Source: Polymyxa betae A26-41
Taxonomy: Eukaryota; Protista; Endomyxa: Phytomyxea
Length of the DNA: 64,000 bases
Reading direction: 5' to 3'
Assembly (NCBI GenBank): GCA_003693705.1
Contig: RBZT01000125.1
Span: forward strand, 372,001-436,000
The position numbers and the translations under genes were made by a program. Below, piece by piece: positions 1 to 11,968 of this stretch (position 1 is the first letter of the stretch; every line of letters starts with the position of its first letter). The notes beneath the pieces are model-generated. The model had not been told where the DNA came from. It ran no database searches and saw nothing but the letters and a program-made list of their open reading frames with translations.

Positions 1-1029
1 TGCAGTGGTCCACCTCCAGAATATTTTAGGGACAGCAACATCATTACGCCAAGCGAACAATTTGGCTACACGTTCTGCAGATCGGCCTTCCAGGGAGAAG
101 TCCAGTTCCTTCATTAAGTTGCCTGAATACAACAATTTTGAATAGTGTCTCGATGCCGGTGATAATGCTTTACTTCTGAACTCATCAACCATCCACATTA
201 AGTCAAGATTTGGATAAAAGTACATGACACTTCTGCAAACGTTTGTCATGGTCAAGAGATCAGAAATGAAAAGCTGATGCAGACGAGGATACTGTTACAC
301 GCAGTCGATATCAGAACAACAAAAGCGAACCGTAATGCTAGTTCACCTGAATTTTAACGGCAACCTCCTTTCGTGAATGGCGAAGTGTCGCTCGATGAAC
401 CTAATCGAACATCGTAATCATGAACAGCGAACAAGGCAAAATGTTCGAACTTGAGCAAGGCTGGCGGCTGCGATAGGATTCGGATCGAACCAAGAAAAAA
501 TCTCGTTAGGGTGCCGTTTATGTTCCTGCTTAAACAGCCGAACGACATCCCCAAATGGACTGGGCTTGGCGTGATCTTGAAGTTTTGATAACGTCTGTGT
601 ATATTCGGCAGGAAGAACATGTGTTAGAGTAGCCATGTATTGACCCGCCTTCACATAGACACTAAAGCCGCACAATAACTAGATTGTTATAGCTGAGCAA
701 TTGGATTACGAACCCTCCATGTCTTAGACATAAAGTTAACAGTTTCTGGGCGCTTCGGGAATGCAGCTGCGCCCAGCATTCCTTGTCGTTTTCGCATTTT
801 GACAGTTGAAAATCAAACGCAATCGAGGTCGCGACGGATGTTGTTCGCTGGAAAATTGTATTAACAAGCGACAGCGAGTCGAAGCAAGACTGACGAAAAA
901 CCGGAATGAGGGCTCAAATGGGTTATGGTCGCGGGCATAAGCGATCCCAGCGGCAGTTCCCATAACCCCCATGCCGACCAGCTTGCGGCCATGAGCCGCC
1001 AGCAGCCGCTGCATGACAGAAAACGACAT
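1..1029 (-). CDS. AarF/ABC1 (ADCK1/5-like) atypical kinase, 5' part; multi-exon, runs off the window start
   Basis: Exons give YVKAGQYMAT..LPAEYTQTLSKLQD, FDPNPIAAASLAQVH and ELDFSLEG, the ABC1 kinase signatures; basic, mitochondrial-like N-terminus. Confidence 0.9.
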
Positions 1030-1386
1030 GATCTGAGTGACGGACGTTGCCGTTGCAGGCCGATGGTCACGAGATGAAATCCATCGAAAATGGCAAAGAA
1101 CTGCGTTAAGGGGCTGCCTTCATCGTGACCATTTGAATGGTGAAGGCACCCTCCTGATATTGTAATGTTACCAGACTCACCCCGACTCATGACTCCCATC
1201 TTACAAAGGAGTACGGTAGGTAATGAGCAGGAGACAGCCTCTCTTGGAATATGGGGAAGCTGACACAGCCATAAGCAAAGGATTCGGAGTGATCGGATTC
1301 GGCCCGCCCTCTCTTGCTGCGACAGGCATCTCTGGAACAGACTCAATGACGCAACGGATGTAGACATTGAACCGTTTTTTATAGAA

Positions 1387-3973
1387 TCAACAGAACATAT
1401 GTAGATCCTTATCGGCGCCGATCAATTTCGCTGCTCTAACAGACCCGATGATACGTTCAAGAGCAAAAGAGTCGAACCGAGAGAACAAGGCCAATGAGGT
1501 CTGTTGCGTATCGGCTTCAATGGCGTTTAGAAAGTCGACATAGAACTCAGGTTCTTGAGGAATGCTGTAGAAGAAGACCGTGTGGGCACCGCGAATACAA
1601 TAACGGCGAAAGAAATGAAATCGTTCGGTGCAGATTAAAAATTTCTGCTGGCCATGGAAAAATCGACTTCGAGCTCGAGCTACTGAACCTGAAACAAGTT
1701 AGACACTTTAAAATGAACAAAGAACGTCCCGATCATACCTTTTCCGGTGTATTCAGAGCATAGTGCGACTTTCACCTTCTGGGATCGCAATAGATTACGA
1801 ACCCGCACATAATCGAAATAAGAAGGGATAAAGATCAAGATCTGTGCCGATAAATCCTCTTTCAGCTGCGGGAGAATGACACTCGAGAACCATTTAAAAC
1901 GAGCCTCGGAAGCCTCCGCCACCGAACGTCCAGGATCGAATCGCTGGAAATGCTGACGGATGGGGCGTACTATCTTCTCGAGAACGCCTTCAAAGCGTTT
2001 CTGTCGTATTTTGATGGTCCCTGAAACCGATCGACAGTATTTGTTGGCGAGTGAATTGATTTCTGGTAGGCTGGACGTATCGTTATTAGGACAATTGATT
2101 CGTCGGAAAAAAGTTCGATTACCAATGAGATGCGAAGACCAACGTCTGACGGTAACGAGACGATAATCCATCTAAATGCCAATGATGAACACGAGAGAAA
2201 TCAGTGTGAGATCCATCCTATAGGAAATAATCAGAACCCATATCAATTGCGTATGTATGAAGGATTGTCTTACTCGAGGAATCTGATTGCAACAGTCTAA
2301 AACAGAGACAACATGGTCCCAATTCTGCATTGTATAAACATCAGACTGATCCAGCACAAGTATCTCCAACGACGAGAGAAAGTCGAATTCACGTTCGCTG
2401 GGTTTATCACCTTCACCGCCGACAATCATACGCAGACCAAGAGGTGAAGCAATGATGATATCAGACTAACAGGAATGAGACAGATTTAACGTATTGCCAG
2501 AGATTGACATACAGAGTAGAATTCCGAGTACAGCTTCACAGAACGATTTCCTAACTTGATTCCGATTCGGAAATTATCATCAAAATTGCCTAAATGGCAG
2601 ATCTTAGTAAACAGAAGTCGATGAAACCCTTTATCAGCCCCACCTTGAATGACGGCTCTGTACAATTCTGGTTTCGCATTGAAACGATTAAGTTCGTCAT
2701 CGTCCAAATTCGGTGGTCCAAATTCCTCAACGAATCGCTTGCGATTGGAGATCTGATCGGACCAGCTTAGGATAACAAGCAGATAAAGTCATTAGCAATG
2801 TTCACCTGACGGGTATATTTATGTGGAAGAAGTTCCAGCAAGCGGTTAATAACATCGAAAGCGTTGCTTTTGAACGGGCACATAATCAGGACCTTCGGTT
2901 GTGTGAAACCTTGATCACGAACTTCCGCATCAGGATCACTGGCGAGTATCTCGTCGCCTTCTGCGACTTTACGTCTTCCATAGAGGATATGACGAACAAT
3001 ATGACTGAGATAAGCATCACTGCGATCACATTAATGAACAGGTTCAGAATCAAGCAGAAATGAGTGGTACCTAATTGGTTGATCATTACCGTGAGCACGA
3101 CAAGTAAATACGAGATCTTGATATCTGGAGATAATCGGCGATAGAGGCGACGGCTCTATTGTAGATGCTGATTGGAGCTGATTGCCTGGCCACTGGTTCT
3201 GTAGCAAGGATGAATACGAGGAATACAATTTAGCAGGTTAAAGAAACGATTACAAGGAGTTCCAAAGATGTTGGATGGCTCGCGAATGACGTCTGTCTTT
3301 CTGCTTTATCGAATCGGCCTGTTGCCTTCCACTCAGCCAGACCGTCTGCCAACTCGACGAAATCAGAAGTCGGTTGCCCTAAACTGCGGTCAATGGAGGG
3401 AAAACAGAAGCAACATGCATCGTAATAACCTGCAATATCAGAGCTATGGAAATGTCGATCATAGAATCCATAGTCGATCTTGATAGATCTGGCATTACCA
3501 TCGCTATCTACAGATCCAGCATCGTCTTCTTCTTCTTCGTTTACTTCGCTTTCTTCTCCAGATTCGGAGTTGTCGGGATCCTCAATGCCATTATCGTCGG
3601 TGTCAGCTTCCTCGTCAGAGTCAGTATTTTCATCGTTTTCGCTATGGTCGCCTTCATCAGTATCGTTATCAGAGGCGTCATCACTGCTCTGAGGCGCAAT
3701 CTCAATATTGTCACCATATTGAGCGCGCAGCTCTTCCAATTCTTTTTCAGTCAGCTCAACATTCTCCTCAAGTTCGCTCCCATCACCATCATCGTCGTCG
3801 TCCTCGGATTGTTCAGCTCCAGTTTCTTCCAGGCGTCGTCTTTTCAGAATTGGTTGATATTTCGGATTGACTTCTAATTGAGAAACAAGTTTGTCGAATG
3901 GATCGACTTCGGAATCCGAACTGTCAGAATGACTATCTGTTGCTGGGCTTCTCTGTGTTCGAATTCCGCCCAT
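1387..3973 (-). CDS. UTP25: U3 snoRNA-associated protein 25 (UTP25/DIEXF), multi-exon
   Basis: Acidic N-terminus; [11 protein letters not shown]; [19 protein letters not shown]; [25 protein letters not shown]; [15 protein letters not shown]. Confidence 0.93.
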
Positions 3974-4130
3974 ATTGACTAAGAATCCCGAAATCGAAAT
4001 TCCAGTTTTCAGTATTCCACAATCAAGAAAATCTGCGCGCGTCACGGACATTTTTCTCGAATTTTTGTATTTTTTACCAATAAGATGTTTTGCTAGAGTT
4101 TAACGCGAAAATTTTTAATAATGCTGAAAA

Positions 4131-4318
4131 CCTCGAATATTAGGCACACTGTAAATCAAGCGAAATGTGAACCCTTGAATAAAAGGCACATTTTACGTTA
4201 CTTTGAATATAGGGCATATGCCTTATGCCCAAGGGATAGGGTCCCGTAGGCGGATATGATCAGAAATTATTCAACCTTGAATATATGGCATATGCCTTAT
4301 AAGCAGGGGAAGACGGTA
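4131..4318. mobile_element. Probable remnant of a Tc2/pogo-like (Tc1/mariner superfamily) non-autonomous DNA transposon end
   Basis: Four copies of C(C/T)T(C/T)GAATA(T/A)nnGGCA at 4131, 4173, 4201 and 4275, ending in ...GCCTTATAAGCAGGGGAAGACGG|TA; no matching left end seen. Confidence 0.4.
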
Positions 4319-4826
4319 GTGGTTTAAGTGCACCTTGCTACGAATTATCCTTATCGAAGTGATTGATTTGGATGACATAGGGTTTTAGGGTTAGCTCGAC
4401 ATTGCTGTTTACTTGCCATGCGGCCTTCTGGATACTTAACGTATGCAGATGAGTGGAGCTAGCAAATCTCAATTACTACAGATTGACTTCTTTGCATATA
4501 CAGTCAGAGAAACAGATTTCTTTGTATCATCTAACGGTGATCTAAATCTATCGTTTTTCATAAACAGAAAGAGTAGAACAAAGAATTCGGAGTGCGATTT
4601 ATTTGCAAGACTCGATCATTGAAATCATATCACGAGTATTTTATATTCTGCGAATCGGCAAATAACTTCACTTGGGAGGTTGTTGCTGCATAAAACTAAG
4701 CATTTCATAGTATTAATCTGTACTTACGACAATGGTATAATATGCAAAGAATTGTAACATTGCTGCGTGGTGGATTGCCCAAACTTTTGGGATCGACAGG
4801 GCGGCGTCATCAAACTCAGCTAGTTA

Positions 4827-5585
4827 ATGCGATCGCCATCTGACGATGGTGGCCATCTTTGGAAATCAACAGTACCCATCGTGCTGGCCTGTTGCTATGT
4901 GGCTTTAGCCAGCGATGCTGTGGCCATGTCTCTGTCATCAGCTGCAATAGATCCAGTTATAATATCTGTGATCCTGTTTGCCACATTGCACAGCATTTGC
5001 TCTCTATCATTCCTGTGGCAATCATCCCCTTCCGCTTTCCGTCTGTTTCTTCAATCAACATCTCTATTGGTTGTTCTTCCGATCGGGAGTCGTATCGCTG
5101 CTGCTTGGAATGTACCTTTTGTATGATTTGGGATATGTCGTTACCTGATCCTGCCCGGTGATTGCTTAAACAGGGATTCTTCCGTTTAAAAGACAGTGTC
5201 ATCGCCATAATAGGATTCGCAGCTGTACTAGCAGGTTTTCTGGAGTTTGCATTCAAAGGTGACAAGCTGTTATACGATTCGCGGTCAGTTATATTCGATG
5301 AATCGCTATCATAATTTAAATATCCCGTCTTTTAGAATTAGTATTTTGCAATTCATTCATGCATCAGCGAATGCACTTTGCTGGGCGCTGATTATCTCAT
5401 TGTTCACGCACACGAGCTGCTCAGTGCAGGTCATGCTAATCGGCTGTATAATCCATACAGTTTCAGTACTTAGCTTGCCAAGAATTCACAGCATCGGGAT
5501 TGAGGTTGCAGTATTTATTCTTATTTTGGCTCTATATATTACGTTTACACAGTCTATCCTAATAACAACTATTATTCATTCTTAA
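4827..5585 (+). CDS. Multi-pass membrane protein of unknown function, about 3 exons
   Basis: Consecutive hydrophobic ORF segments joined by plausible short GT-AG introns; no family recognised. Confidence 0.5.
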
Positions 5586-5681
5586 AACACCAACACCATT
5601 GTGAAACCGCTCCGTTTCTATTGATTAAATATCTTCAACAATTTTATCAAGCTGCCGTTGTATGTACTTCGGCTGGGTTCA

Positions 5682-6843
5682 CTAACCACCTGCACGCGCT
5701 CTGTCCAGACGTTTTGGATACTTCAATGCGATGCGGTCAGAATTCCAGCGAAAGGCCGACGTTACCATGACCACAAGGGGATGGATCAAAACGTCAAAGA
5801 TGTAGAGACGGCGAGGCGTGACACCCGACATCAGAGCAATCAGAAAATCCTGCAGAATATCCGGGCACGAGCAGTTGAAATCGCCCTTTCGTACCGAATA
5901 CCAGATATAAGTGGCAACAGTGTCAGGAGAATGGGCAGATGGCATCAACATCTCAACAGTCTCCACAGGCTTCGTCTTGCTTTCTTCTATGAATCCGGCA
6001 GTTTCTGTATCAGGAGGATACGCGACCGAGATCTTGATATTGAATCCGCTGAATTCATTACGCAGAGCCTCGCCGAGGCCTCGAACAGCAAATTTTCTGA
6101 ACCAATCGTTGAGAATAGGAGCCGTCAAGTAACTAGCTGAACATACGTTGGGCTATACGATGAGTACCCGAGCCATCCGCTAATACCAGCCCCAGATGAA
6201 ACCAGAACGATATGACCGCTTTTAGCTGCGACCATATGAGGAAGGGCAGCTTTTGCACATGCAACGGTTCCGAGGTAGTTGAGTTCGACAGACTACAGAG
6301 ACAATGCTTCAACAATTGATTCTGCAGCAGAATCAGGCAATCCGTTACCTTCCTGAAGACATCCATTCCTTGCTCCAGGAAATAACCTGGAAAAGCGGCT
6401 CCGGCAGCACATACCAGATAATCAGGAGACCCATAAATATCAATGGCCTCATTAATAGCCTTGGCGATGTCTTCGTGATTAATAACATCAGCAGAAATAA
6501 TCTTGACATCGCATTTAGGCGATTTAGCCAGAATATCGACCTTCGCTGCCTCTAAATTGCTTAAGGATCTGGAAATTACTGTAATAGCACGAGCATTATG
6601 CTGAGCTGCTTGAATAGCCATTGATTTTCCAATGCCTAATATCACAACATGAACAAGGGAGTCAGAACGCCTGGAAAGACTACCTGAAGATCCGCCAACC
6701 ACAATGACATGCTTATTGAATAACGACTTCGATGGTTTCATCCATCGCCAGACAATTTCAGCAAGCAGAAGCAGCAGTGGAATGATCACCACGCTGGCAA
6801 TGATAATCGTGACCTGGCTGTCATGAGACACCTCAACGGCCAT
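5682..6843 (-). CDS. KDSR: 3-ketodihydrosphingosine reductase (SDR family)
   Basis: N-terminal TM; VVGGSSG|IG Rossmann motif; YSSYSPT|KFAVRGL YxxxK; AYPPDTETAGFIEE..KP. Confidence 0.92.
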
Positions 6844-7618
6844 CTTATCTCCAGCGGCACCCTAGGGCAGACAAGCGTGGCAATTGGCCCCAGATTCGAG
6901 CCAGACGAGAGCTAAGGCTGGCCGAATTCGAGACTGCTCTTAATCCGAGATTAAGAACCTCAAAACGTCAGAGGGTGTTCCGTGACCGAGTCACCGATTC
7001 AAGACCTCAGTGCGCGCACTTTATAGCTTTATGTGCGCGGGTTGCGCCTGCAGAATCGCGCAGATCGCTTGAATGAAGTGCAAAATTATGACCAGCGAAC
7101 ATTCTGGTTGTGTTGCAATCGGGTTCATTTCGTAGTTGACCAATTTACGGGTCGGACCTCTCGGTCCATGATGGCAGCTGGTCAAACTGGCTTGCAGTCA
7201 TAGTCAGGGTCACAGGTCGTACTCGATTTCGTCAATCCCGATATTCAGGCGAGTGAACAAGCTCGCCAGGGTACGGTTGCCAGCCTGCAGTGCACATTGG
7301 TCAAACAATTACGATTACCGCGTCGCCTTATCTCGCCTGCTTTTGCCTTTTCCTTTACTGTCAATCCATTTTTTTGATCGTGCTCAGTACCTGTTTCCAT
7401 AAATTTCGAATATCTAATATCATTAAGATTGCGCGATTTCACTTCTGAGTTAGATTCTTTGGTCATGAGAAGTAACGGTGGATTTTTTGAGATACCCAGA
7501 TCAATATAGAGCAGTCCCATGGATCGTTTCGGTAGGCGGGTCGAGTGAGCTATTAGAGCGTTTTTGTTTCTTTATTGTGCAAATCAACACCGGTGCCGAT
7601 TTGCTGCAATCTTCAACA

Positions 7619-9071
7619 ATGAACAAGCCAGTAAATCACGAATTTGTCGTTGTTAAGCCGGACGATATCGAGTCGAGCTCGGAGGGACAAGCACCCGGCC
7701 GGAAAGAAAACGAGCTGGGCGAAGCTGAACCTAAGCGCTCTTCCCGCACGTGGACAACTGAAGTAAGATGGATCCAACAAAGAGCATTCTGACTGACTTT
7801 CGCTCAAGGAAGACGAGCAGATTGGGAAATTTGTTCGCCAATTTGGGACGAGAAAGTGGACGACAGTGAGCATGTTCTTGAAGCGATACACGGGAAAGCA
7901 ATGTCGTGAACGGTAATTGTGGCTTAAGCTAGCAACAAATCCAATCCAATTTAATCGCTATTTTAGCTGGCATAATCACCTGAATCCTGACATCCGTAGA
8001 GATCGCTGGTCCAAGGAAGAGGATGAGACCATCGTCAGAGAGCATATGGCTAGAGGCACCCGATGGTCGGAAATTGCGAAATCTTTGCCTGGCAGGTTTG
8101 GCTAGTCGTTTGCAGTAATGGTCTGTGATTGAAATTGGTTTTAAGAACAGACAATGCCATAAAAAACCGCTGGAATTCCACTATGAGACGTGTCTGCAGA
8201 CATATCAAAGCAATGCAATCAGGCAATACACCAGGCAGGCGTATTTCACTGCCATCTGGTGAAGAGAGTCAACTCTATCCATATTGCCTTTCATTGGTTC
8301 AGAACAACAGCGACGACATAACCATGTGCTATTAGAATAACCTTGACTGATGAATCTGTGTTTACTGTCTTGTTCAGGCCAATGTTTCAAGACCATAATC
8401 CTGGAGTGAGAATAGGCGAGGTTTACGATGCTGTTAAGCACCCGGATCATTCACCGATTTCTATCCCGATCCCGATCAGGCCTGTTCAGAACATGGGGGT
8501 GCAGAAACAGTCAATTCAGCAAGAACCAGTTGTGAGTCAGACCAGCTTCGAAACGGATGGACTCCCAGTTCCTATTATCGATGAGAAACTTCTTGGTGCT
8601 GCACAGATCTTGTTTCAATCGGCATCACCGAATAGCTCTGTAGTGCTCACTGATAATATTAATTCTAAAATATTCAATGTTTAGATTCTCGCAGCTCCTT
8701 TATCATGCATTTCTCAACGCTCTATGGGAAGTTGTGTCAAGTCGGCATCACGATTATTTCCCAGCCCTTGTTTATCGGATCGGCAGGGTATCACGCCACC
8801 AAAACAGTTCATCCAATATGACAATATGGAATTGGAACTAGGTCATCCTGCAGGTTTTCATCCCTACAAACCCATCCTATCCACAGCACGCTTTCATCCC
8901 GACATTACCCATCCTATTTCACAGCACGCTTTCATACCTACAAACCCATCCGATTTCACAGCACGCTTTCATCCCTACAAACCCTCTGCCGGAAAGTTCC
9001 CTACCAAGGGTTGTGGGCCTATTAGCGTGACACGCGCACTACTTTTGATCTTTCGCTCTCCAGTGCAGTAA
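7619..9071 (+). CDS. R2R3-type MYB transcription factor, multi-exon; 3' end approximate
   Basis: WTTE|[61 protein letters not shown]. Confidence 0.9.
8856..8984 (+). repeat. Minisatellite, about 3.5 units of 36/38/37 bp (TTTCATCCCTACAAACCCATCCTATYYCACAGCACGC)
   Basis: Read directly from the sequence; lies in the last MYB exon/ORF. Confidence 0.95.
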
Positions 9072-9149
9072 AAAGTAGAGTGACTGTGTCGGTGGGCCGT
9101 CTTGAAATCATTTCATATAGAGCCATTTCGCTTTTTCCTTCATTGAGCC

Positions 9150-11890
9150 ATGCAATCGGTTCGCCTCAAGAGCCTACGCCAGACCGACCTGATCGGCCCG
9201 CTTCGAGCCTATATTAATCAGCACTTTTCCGCGAGTGAATCGTCCGGTTTGGATCCAGCTCTCGGTAACGTCCTGCTCGGCTTTGTGTTCCGCGACCTTA
9301 GTGGATTCTCTAGCTGACATTCAAATGTTTCGAGACCAGATTCTGAGGTATTGTAACGCTTCATCCCTCGATTTCGAACGAGCTCTGCACGCTCATGAGG
9401 AATATCTGGCCGCGCTAATGGGGCTGTTGTCGAGGTTCCCTTTTGGTGAGATCGAAGCGCCCAAGCTATTCAAAAAAAAAAACGTATCAGCAGTTACGGT
9501 ATGTCTTTTATTTGCTCGTCTATAAATGCTAACGATTATTAGGTGCAATGGTATGCAACAGACGCATACAAACCTCAAAAATTCGCCGTTTCGTATAATG
9601 TGGCCTTTGAACAGTCTGTAATCTGTTTTAACATTGCTGCTATTCATTCACAGCAAGCTCTATTATTCGATCGCGAATCATCCAACGGCATCCAGTCCGC
9701 ATGTAAAAGCTTTCTCAAAGCAGCGGGCATCTTCCAAACGATGGCGGCTACAATGAGCGGGGTATATGCTAATAATATGGATCTAACTTCTGGAAGCCTG
9801 TCATTTCTTTCAAACTTGATGTTCGCCCAAGCCGCTGCTCTTTCATTTGACTCAGCTGTTCGTAAATCTATGGCACCTGCTGTGCTTTCTGTTCTGGCAG
9901 CCGGTGTTACAGACGCCTATGCACAGGCAAGAACTGCATTACGTAGTCAGCCGGATTTAGCCAAATGGCTATCCAAGTCCGATTTCATTGACGAAAAGTT
10001 CTTGTCCTATCAAATTGGGTAATTTTGGAAATGTTGTTATTAGCGAATTTGAGGTTCAAGGACCCTGTCTAGATGTTTTGAGAGTGCTTCTCATTACTGG
10101 CAATCTGAGAAAGATCAGGCCGACTGCAAATACGGCGTCGTTATTGCTCGATTGCAGCTGTCCCAGCTTCTTTCACAGTCGGTGGCTAGCAGCGAGCCTG
10201 CTCTTGAGAGCTCTCGTAATGCACGAAAGGTTTCCATTTTTTATGTTTTTTATGTGATTCGGTTTCAATCTGATTTATCGATGTAGAAGTTGGACGATAT
10301 CGTTTCCAGTAAACTGAAGACCGCAATTTATGATAATGACACGATCTATCACTATTCTGTTCCAAGTTTTCCTGAGCTACCGGTCATTGCTCCTAAGACC
10401 GTTGTAAAGCCAACTCCTTTCGTTTTGCCTCTTGGAAAACTTCCTCGCGTAATACTTTCTTGTTTGAGACATAATCGTGCTAATTGACTGATAGGCATTT
10501 GATGGCTTGGTATCAGTTGAGATTCAGAAAGCTGTACAGCGTTTTAAATCCGAAATGTCGGATGATGTAGCTGCAATTTCTAACACATGTCTGGATTCCA
10601 CAGACATTTGCCGTTCTGCTCTGTCTGAGATGAACTTTCCTGCTGCATTAGATGCATTGGATGCTGATGCTCGCATCCCTAAGGATATCGTTGGCAAGCT
10701 CAATGATGTTAGAAGTGCAGTCAGTGCTACATTTGTGTAAATTTCTTCTGTAGAATTAAGCAATTTGTTAGGGTGGACTTGCAGTCTTGCAAAATCTTCA
10801 GGGAGAGATACAAGAAATGTCTACCAATGCCTGGTCTATTCGAGATGAAATCGCTCAAATGTTATCAAAAGAACAGGTCCTTTGTTTCATCAGATTTTTC
10901 GGAGAGCTAACGTTTAACAGGAAAATGAAGAAAGGTTTCGGAATCACTACCAGCAGAACTGGGAGAGAACGCCATCATCTGAAATCAATTCTACGTATCA
11001 TCGCGATCTGAGCACTGTCACTAAGTACTTGGAGCAAGCTAAAGAGGCTGATTCCAAGATCGCTACGCTTTTTGCCAACTCTCTTGATATGCTGTCATCG
11101 GTGTCTAAGCCCTTAGCTGAAATTGAATCTTCCCTTCCTGTTCTTGATAAGGTATTGATGTCTGTTGAGCAAATTTGGTATGTCTGACAAACAAGATCAG
11201 TCCGCTAAATCGGACGCAAGTGAGAATGTTCGGTCAATTCTTCATGAGTTGTCATCGTTACTCAGGAAACGTGATCGTCTCATTGACGACTTTGTTAAAG
11301 CAGTCGATTCTTTCGATCCGACTCCCACTGTTTTAGCAAATAAGGTATTGAATTAAGTGAGCATTGTGTGGTTAACTGCTCAACGGCCTTAGGATTCGTC
11401 TACCGTTGATGAAATACTTCAATCCCAAAAATCGCATTTTGATGCAAACCGCAATGCTATAGATGAAAATCTTGCTAGGCAAAGTGTCTTGTTTGATACT
11501 CTGGTTGATGCCAACCAAAAATTCGTGCAAAGCCACAAAGTATCTGGTGTTGAAGAACAACGCCAGAGATGTTTACAGAACATCAACGAAGGCATCGCGG
11601 CATTTGAAAAAATGCACAGAAATTTCGCTGAAGGCATATCCTTTTACACCGATCTGCTTAATGATTATCTGAAGCCGTTAAAAGATGTAAGAGACTCGTA
11701 TCTATGCATTCACCCGCTAACCCGAAAATAGAACGTTTTAGGCTTCGTTACTGCTCGAGACCACGAGGCTCGTCTACTGCTTGATGATATCTCCAGAAGA
11801 TTTGGTCAAGTTTCTATTTCGGACAGAGGAAATCCGGTGCCGAGATCGGTCCCACAAGTGCACAATCCATCTGCACCTCCTCGTTTTTAA
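9150..11890 (+). CDS. BRO1/ALIX (PalA/Rim20-like) ESCRT accessory protein, multi-exon
   Basis: VAFEQSVICFNIAAIHSQ, FLKAAGIF, MFAQA, YDNDTIYH, V-domain helices, FAEGISFYTDL; C-terminal PSAP. Confidence 0.9.
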
Positions 11891-11968
11891 TTGCATAAAC
11901 TTATTGTATTATTCTGGTCTCTTCAGACAAGTGACTTTATGAAGCATCTTTACGCTGTTCCCAAATTT

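Noticed and set aside
861-1367. 168-aa ORF, and the many antisense or alternative-frame ORFs over real genes (e.g. 3446-3877, 43143-43811, 62511-62960)
   Set aside because: No motifs; shadows of coding exons or GC-rich segments
8856-8984. CRISPR-like 36-38-bp repeats
   Set aside because: Head-to-tail with no spacers, eukaryotic context, no cas genes
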